The position numbers and the translations under genes were made by a program. Below, in pieces: positions 1 through 10,500 of a DNA stretch of 64,000 bases. The stretch is from Azolla caroliniana (Eukaryota; Plantae; Polypodiophyta): NCBI GenBank assembly GCA_043228905.1, contig JBHGNT010000004.1:14260001-14324000 (forward strand). Reading direction: 5' to 3'. How positions within the stretch are numbered: the first letter of the stretch is position 1; each line of letters begins with the position of its first letter. The notes beneath the pieces are model-generated. The model saw only the letters and a list, made by a program, of their open reading frames with translations. It ran no database searches and was not told the origin of the DNA.

Positions 1-1
1 C

Positions 2-1513
2 GGAGAATCAAGGGACGGCGTACAGGACGAATTTCCCGACGCCGAGCTGTTTAAGGTCATGACGGCACCGGCAACGGAGACCACAGTAGCAGACGAAGAC
101 AAATGGTTAACCGAAATGCATCAGTTCCTGAGCACCGGAGTTCCCCCGGAAAACCTGGACCGAGACGAACGGAAAAGGATGGCAGTACGGAGCAGACATT
201 TCTGCTTGGTAGGAGACACCCTCTATCACAAGGGGGCAGATGGCGTATGGAGGCGAGCAGTGCGGAGCGATGAAAAGGATCTGATCCTGAGGGAAGCCCA
301 CTGTGGAATTGCAGGCGGGCATTATGCCGGCGAAACAACAGCCCGGAAGATATGGCAGAGCGGACTATGGTGGCCGACTACCATGAGAGATGCCGTTAAG
401 TATAGCAGGGAATGCGACCTGTGTCAACGACTGGGCCAACCCACGGAGCAGGCCCGGATGCCACATCACCCGGTCTTGCCATTAGAACCATTCCAAAAGT
501 GGGGCTTGGACTTTGTCGGCCCCTTTAAGCCACCGGCAATGCGGACCGGAAATCGGTATATAATAGTGGCTACCGACTACTGCACCAAATGGGTAGAAGC
601 AAAGGCACTACGGGACAACACGGCGGCGTCCACGGCCAAATTTTTATATGAATGCATATGGTGTCGGTACGGATGCCCGATTGAGCTGATCAGTGACCAG
701 GGAGGACATTTTCTCGGGCAGGTGGTGGAAAGTTTGACATCATTCTATGCGGTAGTACACAAACGAAGCACTCCCTACTACCCTCAAGCCAACGGATTAG
801 TGGAATCAACAAACAAAACGCTACAGAACATCCTTAGAAAAATCGTTAATGAGAACCGGACCGACTGGGACACGAAGTTGCAGAGCGTGCTGTGGGCGTA
901 CCGAACGGCGTACAAGACCAGCATCCGGACGACCCCGTTCCGACTGGCATTCGGCTTGGAAGCAGTCATGCCAGTAGAATTCCAAATTCCTAGCTTAAGA
1001 ATACAGGTTAAGGAGCGGTTAAGCGAGAAGGAATCCGAACGAATCCGGTTGAAGATGCTGTTAGAACTGGAAGAAAATCGAATAGCCAGCCTGCTACAGC
1101 TAGAACTAGAGCAAAGGAGGAGGAAAGCCTTTGTAGACCGACACCGGCGCGGTAACGAAAAGGAATTCGAGGTCGGGAAACCGGTATTACTGTTCCAGAC
1201 AAGGATGGGGAGCATGCCAGGGAAATTGCGATTTCGGTGGACCGGACCATTCTGGATCACAAAGGAGTACAATGGGTCTTACCAGCTCGGGACGTTGTCA
1301 GGAGAAGTTGTGGGCAAATGGGCAAATGGTTTTCGCCTAAAACCGTATAAGGGGCACATGCCAGCTAACCCCTTCAAGCAAGAACCGGACATCCTGAATG
1401 GCGAGGAACCGACGCAGATACGGAGGACCGAGGAGCCGATACCGACGCGTAACAACGAGGAACCGACAACAGGTCGCACCAACCCGAACACATCGGGGGG
1501 AACCGAACAATGA
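2..1513 (+). CDS. pol C-terminus: integrase (HHCC zinc finger, DDE core, GPF motif) of A1
   Basis: EAHCGIAGGHY...CDLCQR, WGLDFVGP, ISDQGGHF, QANGLVE, RWTGPFW in ORF 59..1513; frame is open from position 2. Confidence 0.95.
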   Translation, partial: GESRDGVQDEFPDAELFKVMTAPATETTVADEDKWLTEMHQFLSTGVPPENLDRDERKRMAVRSRHFCLVGDTLYHKGADGVWRRAVRSDEKDLILREAHCGIAGGHYAGETTARKIWQSGLWWPTTMRDAVKYSRECDLCQRLGQPTEQARMPHHPVLPLEPFQKWGLDFVGPFKPPAMRTGNRYIIVATDYCTKWVEAKALRDNTAASTAKFLYECIWCRYGCPIELISDQGGHFLGQVVESLTSFYAVVHKRSTPYYPQANGLVESTNKTLQNILRKIVNENRTDWDTKLQSVLWAYRTAYKTSIRTTPFRLAFGLEAVMPVEFQIPSLRIQVKERLSEKESERIRLKMLLELEENRIASLLQLELEQRRRKAFVDRHRRGNEKEFEVGKPVLLFQTRMGSMPGKLRFRWTGPFWITKEYNGSYQLGTLSGEVVGKWANGFRLKPYKGHMPANPFKQEPDILNGEEPTQIRRTEEPIPTRNNEEPTTGRTNPNTSGGTEQ

Positions 1514-1789
1514 TGCGGCATATGTAAAAAAAAAAAAAAAAAAAATGATGACGTGGTGCTACGGTCAAGAAAATTCAAGACAAGAAGATCAAGAAAATCA
1601 TGGTAATGATGAAGGAGGTAGTTACAACCGTCACACGGGTGCACGAGCTATTTAAAGCACAGAACGTGGGGGGCCGAGGTACAGGATTTAAAACGCGCGT
1701 CAATTAAGGAGTCATAATGACAGACACGTAGGAGATTCGACACACGCGGCAAAGAAGCGCAAGCATGACACGCGGCAGCAAAGGACAGA

Positions 1790-1915
1790 CATACTATTCA
1801 TGACACAGCATGCGCAGGCGCCAAAAATAGGGCATGCTATTCATGACAGAGCATGCGCAGGCGCCAAAAATAGGACATGCTATTCAAGGCAGAACACGTG
1901 CAGCCGCCAAAATTA
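1790..1915 (+). repeat. 43-bp tandem repeat (2 near-perfect units plus 1 degenerate) between pol and the extra ORF
   Basis: CATGCTATTCATGACASAGCATGCGCAGGCGCCAAAAATAGG repeated. Confidence 0.8.
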
Positions 1916-1985
1916 AAGAGTGACATGCTAATTATGGCAGGGGACGCGCGAAAAACAGGAAAAGGCGGCTCGAGGGAAACGCCAC

Positions 1986-1993
1986 TATATAAA
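1986..1993 (+). promoter_or_regulatory. Putative internal TATA box for the extra ORF of A1
   Basis: GCCACTATATAAAG, conserved in A3 (GCCACTATATAAG, TATA at 42876); about 140 nt upstream of the conserved ATG. Confidence 0.5.
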
Positions 1994-2128
1994 GGAAGAA
2001 CCGGGGAAGGGTTCACTTTTTACGAATTTTCCCACAAGCAAACGCAGGCTCAAGACAGCAAGATCCGACGCGCAGAACACCTACACCCCGACCTCAGACC
2101 ACAGGCAGCAGCAGACGAAGAAGAAGCG

Positions 2129-5044
2129 ATGGCACTGTCGGACGGAGCGCGACAATGGCTGACGGAGAACGGATTAGGAGGGCTGCTGCGGGTCGCTGAC
2201 GCTCCACCACACAAGGAACCAGAGCAGGCGGCAACAGCGGTGGACTTAGCAGAGGTCACTGAAGGAGCGGTACAAGCGCTCACAGGGATTTCGGAGGGAG
2301 GACTTCAGACGATAGAGCTACCCTCGAGCCAAATATTCTTCGAGTATTTCGGCGAATACTCCCTTAGCAGCAAGGCGTATCGCACACAGGGCGGAGAGAA
2401 CCTGCTGTTCGGAGAGGTGGCCCGCGCCCTGATGGAGTACGGGTTCGTGAACCCTCGTCCGGCAGCCATAGCCAAATACCGAGCAGCGATCGTCATCGCG
2501 ACATTCGAAGGCCTGCAGGTGGACTGGCTCCATTTCATCACCGAAGGACTGAAAGAGGCGATCAAGCACTTAGTGGAAGGGAAGAAGCCATGGGCCGGAA
2601 TATCCCAATGGTTAACAGTGTTGGTCCCACCGGTGTCCCCCATCAAGCACAAGCAAAGAAGTCGGCAGGAGACTACCCCGAAGCAAACCATGAAGCGCCG
2701 ACGAATCCTAGAGAAACACACTCCAGGATGGACACAGGAAGAAGAAGCGCCGCGGGAAGAAGGATCATCCCGACAGCCGCGGAAAGAAGGCTCATCTCGA
2801 CAACCGCGGGAAGAAGACTCATCCCGACAGCAAAGGGAGGAAGGCCCATCATGGCAGCTACAGAAACAGCAACAGCAACCGACAACGAAGAAGAAAAAGG
2901 CGGAAAAAGGCAAGGAGAAGCTGGCAAAGAAGACCAGCAAGAGGCAAACCGACACCGAACCAGTAACGCTCGAATCGGAACCGGTACCAGTAAAGGAACC
3001 AATAGTGGCACCGACGGAGGACGCTGAAACAGAGGAAGACTCATCCGAACCGATGTTAATACTACCACCCAGGCAAGGAAAGGAGAAACGAGCGACAAGA
3101 CCGACCCCAACAGCGGACGGAACTCAGCAACGGGCAAAAGAACCGCCTCCAGTAACCGGAACAGAAGCGACACAGGATGAAGGTCCGTCGGCACCAGAGA
3201 CGGCAGTACCGGAACCGACGGCGGCGGAGTTCGAAGAACAAAGAAAGGAACAAGCACCGGAACAAGAGAAGAGGCCGGAGAAACAGCCGGAAAAACAGCC
3301 GGAGCTAGGCACGCCTGCTGACACCAACGAAGGCAGAACAAAGGCACAATGGCTAAGGTGGTTGTCAGGGCAGTTGTCGGGAGTAGCAGACCAGATGGAG
3401 AAAGAGGAGGAGCAAAGAGAAGAAGTGACTAGGACGACGACTAAGGATATGGTCATGCTCCGGGCACAATTACATGAGCTGCAAGAAGAGCTAGCACAGG
3501 CAAAAGAAGGCAGCCGACAAGCACAAGATGGCACCGAGACGGTCGGGACATCAGAAAAGCAAGCCGAACCAGAAACGGAGAAGGCCTTGCAAACCGGCCC
3601 TGAGACCGAGAAGTTAATAGCAACTTTGAAAGAAGAATTACAGGCTTAGGAGGCATTGAGAGATAACGAAAGAGAGCAGCGGAAGTTGGTAGAAGACGAC
3701 AGACGGTGAATGGAGGAAGGCCTTCGCCGAAGCAAAGCCACCAATGACCGACTACAAGAAGAAAACGGGACACTGCAAAAGGAAAAAGATAGGCTGCGCC
3801 GACGAATGGAGCAAGAAATTGAGCGGTTGCGAGAGGAACTCCGACAACAAAAGGACCGGGATGATCAGTTGCGAGCTCAGGCGAACCGACGCCTAAAACA
3901 GAAGACGGAGGAATTCGACCGACTATGTAAGGATTATAAACAGGCCACGTCGGACATCAAGAATCAGGCAGCAACGTACGACCGACAGATGGAGAAGCTG
4001 AAAGAGCAGCTCAAGGAAAACCGCTTGGAATTGTCCAAAGCAAGGGAGGAAGTATCGGCGGAGAAGACCTTGACGTCGGAACAAAGAAAGGAGATGGAAG
4101 TACTTCGGCAGAAAGTAGGGGAACTGACAAAGAGCCGGAACGAGGAAAAAGTGAAGTCGACTTTCGAAATCAACAAATGGCGGAGTACCTGTGACAAGCA
4201 AAAAGCCGACTCTGAAGCTCAAGCTCAGTTAATGGCCGACATCATCAAACGGATAAGGAAGGAAAAACAAGCAGCTTCGGAACAGGCTAAAGCAGGGGTT
4301 GACCGAATTAAGTTCATCATGTCAAGCTGGAGTACCCGAGCTCAGGCCAGCATAAATGAAAGCACGGAGAAACTCTGGAAGGAATGGGCACAACAGGCAG
4401 CTGAACTGCAGATACTCCAAGCTGATGCAGAAAATCGGAAGAAAAACGGAGATGGGTTCTATAAAATGGACGAAGAAAGTATCGTCAACATCCGGGAAGA
4501 ACTGTCGGAGGATTTCTATGCTCTAGCAGAAGAGCATCTCAAGGAAATCCGAGGGTTAGTAGAGAGGTTGGATGACGGACAGCTCGAAACCCAACTAGAA
4601 TTGGAAGGGTACGAGAAGGACCGACTGCGACAGGAAGCCGAGGGACACACAACGCCGATCTCCATTAGTGAGGGCGAGCGACCGGCTGAAGAGGACCCAA
4701 CCAACAATGTACCCCGACAAGAATTACCCGAGGAAGAACTTCCGGAGCAAGAGCAGGTTGATGCCGGGGATGATGCAGAGTGGAGACAGAGAAGTACCGA
4801 ATCCGAGGAGGAAAGGACACAACCAGTGGAAACCGGAGAGAGCGATACCGGGAACGGAACGGAGGTGGAGCAGGACAGACCCGGACAGGATACAGAAGAA
4901 ACACCGGTAGCACCGGTACAAGCAGAGTCGGAGCAGCAAGATGCGAAAAGGCAGCCAATCCAATCGGACGTCGGAGACGGCACAGGCAAAACAACACTTG
5001 AAACCTCGGAGCGGAGTTTGCCTGATAATTTGGAGGAAGACTGA
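2129..5044 (+). pseudogene. Extra 3' ORF of A1 (about 970 codons): conserved N-terminal domain, low-complexity linker, long coiled coil, acidic tail
   Basis: ORFs 1877..3649 and 3710..5044 are in one frame with internal stops; start MALSDGARQW is shared with A3 and A4. Confidence 0.85.
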
Positions 5045-5052
5045 AGCCGGCT

Positions 5053-5092
5053 GTGGGTTCGAAGTGCAATGCACTTTCCCACGGGCGTGCCA
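5053..5092 (+). other. tRNA 3'-half-like, CCA-ended element at the PPT position (A1)
   Basis: GTGGGTTCGAAGTGCAATGCACTTTCCCACGGGCGTGCCA, then TG, then the LTR; no purine tract. Confidence 0.8.
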
Positions 5093-5094
5093 TG

Positions 5095-5204
5095 TGTTGA
5101 CCGGTCAGAGAAGGCAAATGGGAAAGCAAGGTCGGATCGGATAAATATAGAAATAGGAATAGAATTATTAGGAGGGACGGATCCGGTAGTTGTAACCGAT
5201 CCGG
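5095..5204 (+). repeat. Truncated 3' LTR of A1
   Basis: Homologous to the first ~120 bp of LTR 26432-26820; fused to family-B RNase H at CCGATCCGG. Confidence 0.85.
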
Positions 5205-6887
5205 TTCGACGCGAAGGTCCTCAACGAGCGACAACGAGGATACGCCCAGGTTAAACGCGAGCTCTGGGGTATCGTTTCGGCGGTAAAGGCCGATAAAGAC
5301 TACCTAATCGGGACAGAGGTAATTATCGAGATGGACTGCCTGCCAATTCTTGGCATGGTTTCCGGATGCGCGACGCCGGACCTGGCAATGCTCAGGTGGA
5401 TAGCGTACATCAAGTCCCCGAATCCGGAAATACGACACATTTCCGGGAAAGACAATGCCATGGCCGACATGCTTTCAAGGGCGAGGTTTGGAAACGAGGG
5501 CGGCATGGTTTCGGAGGACGAGGAAGTCGGCGTGGACTTCTTCGAGCCGGCTTACGTAACAACCGGCAGGGAATGCTCTCCAATGCTTAACGATTTCGAC
5601 GAGAGCAAGTACAACGGGGAGTGGCTGCAGATCGGCGGGTTCTTGAAAACGATGACACCGGACGCGACATGGACAAGGGATGAGGCCAACCGGATTCGGA
5701 AGAAAGCATACCGATTCTTTCTTCGGGACGGGTACATATGGAAGCACCCGAAGAAATACTGGTGGCCAAGTAGGTACAAAGACGTAATCCATTTCGTGTC
5801 CACATGCAAAACTTGCCAAGTACATTCGAACATACATCATCGTGATGAGTTACAACCGAGATACCCGCTCACCATACACTTCAAATGGATGGTGGATTTG
5901 GTCTTAATGCCAATGGGAGTGGGACAAATGAAGTACCTAGTACTAGCAAGAGAAGACGTGACAAATCAAGTGGAAGGACATGCCTTGGCAAATAAGATGA
6001 CGTCAGCTATTTGCAAATTTCTACTCAAAGAGGTCTTCTACCGATACGGATGTGTGGGAAAGATAGTAGTTGACTGAAGGGAGTTAGATGCACACGAAGC
6101 AACAGAGCTCTTCGAACGACTAGGCGTGAAGCTCTTCTTAACGACTGCCTACAATCCAAAAGTGAATGGAAAGATCGAGTAAGTGCATGGACAAATAGTC
6201 AAAGCCATCGTACGAGCATGCAATGGTCGAGTTGGGAACTGGCCACGACTATTGCCCTATGCCTTGTCGGCCGACAGAACTACATACAGTTTAGTGTCAG
6301 GGTATATGCAAGCAGAGCTTATGTATGGACAGAAGCCGGTAATGCCCATTGAAAGGACGATCACCTCATGGGTAGAGATACCATGGGAGAACAAGATGAG
6401 CTGAGAAGAATTATTAGCGGCACGAATCAGGTAGCTTGAAAGAAGGCCCAAAGATATAGAAAAAGTGTGAAAGATGATGGAGACAACCCGAGTGAAGAAC
6501 AAGATTTGATTTGACAAGACACATCGATTGTGTTCCAAGAAGATCGAAGAAGGAGATTGGGTATTGGTCTATGACAACAGCCTTGACAGTCAACACAGGA
6601 CAACAACGAAGTTCACAAGAAGATAGTTCGGACCATATGTGGTGACGAGTGCCAACGACAATGCCACATACCATCTTGTGGAGCTACACGGATCAAGGTT
6701 AGCCATACCCATTGTGGGAAAAAGAGTGAAGTTTTTCAAGAAAAGACAAGACAAGGGTCTTGACCTCGATCACCTCAACGATGAAGATAGTAGGATGGAA
6801 CCTGCAAACTTGAGCTATATGAACAAGGATGTGGAGGAATCTGATTGGTCATCGTAGCCGAAATCTCACACTCTCTTCTTGGCACGT
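5196..6887 (+). pseudogene. Decayed RNase H/integrase of a family-B-like gypsy element (host of B1; continues at 13886)
   Basis: AMLRWIAYIK...ADMLSR, YWWP...CKTCQ, WMVDLV, WPRLLPYAL; parallels B1 11720-13200; many stops. Confidence 0.88.
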
Positions 6888-7523
6888 TGTCGTGGAGAAA
6901 CCCATCCCTAGGCAGAAACCGGGTATAACGTGCGTAAACCGGCCCTTACACGTGGGCACAAGTTTTGTTGTATAGTACGTAGATAGGTACAAGTCACCTG
7001 AGGCGAAATCCTAGGTAGTACACATTCGGTAGGGAGGAAATCGAGGCGTATCCCTGTCCGAGAGGAGAGGGAATAAACATGATGTAACGAGTGGTAATGG
7101 CCTCCCTCCTTGGGTTATAAAAGAGAGGGGGAAGTGGAGGAAATATATCGCGTTTTGGGGAGCGAGGAGGAAGTGTTGTCGGACTCGGACCGAGCTCTCT
7201 CCTCGATCGTTTGACTTTCTCTGCAGGATTTCAAACTGTGTTGCCTCTGCTTCGTGGACAGCCCGTGTGCTTCCGGCAGAGGCTCCACTGTGCAGTCGGG
7301 TTGTGTGCGTGCGTGAGCTTCGTGTGTATGTGTGTGTGTTTGCTTAGGTTGGGTCCGTCGTCGGCTTGCCGGGTGTAATCGTTGTCGATTGTTCTCTGTC
7401 TCTTTCCTCCTCTGTGTTTCTGCAAGCTGCTCTCTCTCTCTCTCCCCTCTTTCTCATGCCCCTTGGTTCAAGGCCCCCGCGGTCCCGCCTCTTTCCGAAT
7501 TAGAAGAGCGTAACAACACGACA
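6888..7523 (+). repeat. 5' LTR of B1
   Basis: Direct repeat of 13232-13881; TATAAAA near 7117; terminal inverted repeats. Confidence 0.95.
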
Positions 7524-7529
7524 TATATT

Positions 7530-7547
7530 TGGTGAACCTGACGTGAA
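7530..7547 (+). other. Primer binding site, tRNA-Trp type
   Basis: TGGTGAACCTGACGTGAA versus the complement of the plant tRNA-Trp 3' end TGGTGAACCCGACGTGAA (recalled), 1 mismatch. Confidence 0.75.
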
Positions 7548-7568
7548 CAAGTGGCAAAGGAGTGAAGG

Positions 7569-10500
7569 ATGAGGGGATCCGAGCTTGCTGAAGCTATGGC
7601 CGTAGCCGTCGACCAGTTAGTGAGAGTTCGCGAGGGAACGAGTGCCCTCGACAGGGCCATTGAGTCTATCGTCGGCACCATAGGTCGATTCGGTGGGAAG
7701 AATGGCATGAGCTTCTTGGAGGCCTACCGGGCCGAAATGATCATGAGGGATATCTCGGTGGACAGGCGGCTGTCCGGATTCCCTTGGGTAGTGACGCCGA
7801 GCATCCACGCAGAGGTGCTCGAGCTGCTAGCTGGATGCCGGACTAGGGAGGAGTTTGAGTTGTGGCTCCTTGAGATGTATGGGTTCGATGACTCGTTTCG
7901 GCTGTCAAAGTGAGACTTCATGGCGTGGGTTGAGAGCCCAGGGAAGGGGAGAAACACATCAGCGCTCCTCCAGGAGTTCAAGAAACGGTTCACACGGCTG
8001 TCAACGTTGGACCGGACCGTGCTCGACACAAGTCGGGTACTACTATTCGTCAAGGCGGTGGATGCCATGACCGGGAGAAGGTGGGTCTCCTGTTGGAAAC
8101 GGACGAAGGGCTCACGATAGACTGGGCCATGGTAAGGAGGGTCTACGGTCATTTCGACAAGCGGCGCGAGTGGAGCGATGAGGGCTCGTCGGCGGCAAGG
8201 CCGGTCCCGGCGAGGGAGCTCGAGGAGCCGGTCTCGGTACCGGCTAGGAAGGAAGAAACTCGGAGTTGGCTTGAGACGAGCTCAGCCCCGACCGGTGTGG
8301 TCAAAGGTCACTCCGGAGGCGTGGCTCTAGAAGAGCTATCGCAGATGGTGCGAGATCTCCAAATCGCACAGGCCCAGAGGGACAGTCGTGAACAGTCTTG
8401 TGACCGAAGGCCGCCGACGAGGCAACGGTGCATGTGGTGCGACGCGGTCGGACACATACAGAAAGAATGCGTGGATTTCGCGGAGGCACTCAGGACCAAC
8501 ATGATTTACCTCTAGAACGGGCGGGTGGACGTGAGTGAGACCCAGAAAGCCCTAGAGTTGAATTCGGGGCGCGGTGGAATGAAGCGGTTGATGGAAGAGG
8601 CTGCGACACGACATGCAGAGGCTGTTAACTACCCGGTGTCGGCGGGAATCCAGGTTGGGGGTGATGAGGCCCACAAAGCGAAGGACTCCGGATTCTGGCC
8701 GCTGGTGCTAGAGGGTCTCCCCGGAGTATGGTTGAAGAAGGAGGAGGTAGACCGCGTGGAACAGCGGATCCGGGAGGTCACCGGATGGGACGACCTGGTG
8801 GAAGAGAAGATTGGCTTCGTGGTAGGTGCATGCCAGAACTACGAGGTTCTGGTAGAAGACAAGCGCGCAGGAAAGGCTGGAGGGGCAGGCCCCTCGCAGC
8901 GGTACGAGACCCGGTTCGGACCAAAGCTGAATGAGACCGTCAATGCCGGCGCACCGAAGAAGAAGAAGCAGGCCGGTTTCTAGCTGAGCACCGAAATCGA
9001 ACGAACGACGGACCTACGGAAGGTCCTGGAAGAGAGAATTCTCGACAACAAGGTCGAGCTGTCATTACGGGAGGTGTGGGGATCACCAAGAAGGAGTTCC
9101 ACGACTCCATCGTGGACTTGGTGAAGCGGAAGAGGCTCTCGATGGAACCGGAACCGGAGAGGCCGGTGGAAGTGCGGACGATGCACTTAGAAGAGACGGC
9201 CCTAGAGGATGAGTTGGTGGAAAGCCCCTATGCTGTTGTGACGATTTTCGGCTACGGTGTGAAACCGAGTGAGACGAATAAACCAAGGATGTGCAACATT
9301 GCACATGCACTTAGCAAATAAACCTAAGGCCTAGTGGCACTTGAGTTCATACAGAGGGGTGCAAGCAAGGTTTGAACCTCTAAGATACAAGATAATTGCC
9401 TTACCACTAGGACAACTATCATATAGTGTAGATTTTATGTATTTACTTTTCATATATGAATTATAGATGAAACGACCATTAGAAAACCATGTGCACAAAA
9501 CCATGGTTCTAAACCCATGGTTTGTGCATGACATAAGCAAAACCGTGTGCACAAAACCATGGTTTTGTGCATGTCACAAGCATGGAAAGACCTATAAAAG
9601 CCTCTAGTTGGGCTTGTGTAAGGGGGGCTCAATATGTGATATCACCAACACCATTATCATCAATATAATTATATTTGTCTTTATCTTCTTTATATTTTTC
9701 TACTTCTCAAGTGTACAATCTTTCTTCTTCTCAAGTGATTCATCTACTTCTCAAGTGTACAATCTTACATTGATCGTCATCTCTTCGATAATTCCGTGAA
9801 CGTCCTCCCCAGTCCAAGACCCCGGTGGTCGCTCGAGTAGCACACGCACGCTCGAATCTTCGCGACAACGGGAAGCCGCATTGGGCTAGGGCCACTACGG
9901 AAACCCCTGTTCGGATCGGCGATGTCCAGGAGCCGGTGGTGGCATTGGTCGGCACTCTGTCCAATTCATGACAATGCGACCCAACCACGAGCGAAACCGC
10001 GAAACCCTCGGCGGCGACAGCCGAGGGGAGTTTTAGAGAGGGCTTTCAAGGCTTGGGACCGCGATAGTCCGGACACCCAGGAAAAACCCCACAGATGTAC
10101 TATAGGCAAAAACACCTATACCATAGGTAGAAAATTTTGGTTCTCTGATAGCGGTGGTTGTACGATAGCCGGCGTAGTTGGCCGGGAAAAGAAGCGGATG
10201 GACGAGCTGCTTTGGGCGTGCGAAGTCTTCAGCCCTGAAGAGGAAATCAACGGAGCCGTGCAGGCGGTCTCTTTTGACGAAACCTTGGGGAAGTTACGGG
10301 AGGTGTTCGGAGAAGGCCTTGATGAGGACCAGACAATTCCAGTATGTTCAGAAAATATGTATGAAGTCATCGCCAACTTCGGTAGTGGACTCGAGTCGGA
10401 TCGAACGGCCCGAGTGGATACGAATTACAAGACTGTGGACCGGAAGGTGAGGCCAGTCGTGACACCCTTGCCAGAGGGCAGCGAGTTACGGATAAAGGGG

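Larger units (their letters stand above)
1..5204 (+). mobile_element. Ty3/gypsy non-chromovirus LTR retrotransposon, family A copy A1 (5' part outside window, 3' LTR truncated)
   Basis: Integrase ORF, extra 3' ORF and an LTR start TGTTGACCGGTCAGA at 5095 homologous to the A3 LTRs. Confidence 0.92.

Noticed and set aside
2129-5044. env gene or captured host SMC/myosin gene
   Set aside because: No signal peptide, transmembrane helix or ATPase motif; the similarity would be generic coiled coil only; it occupies a fixed position inside three element copies
2305-5234. Long antisense and alternative-frame ORFs (also 23520-24233, 32089-32835, 38489-39253, 60964-61536)
   Set aside because: Shadow ORFs of compositionally biased coding or repeat sequence, with no conserved motifs
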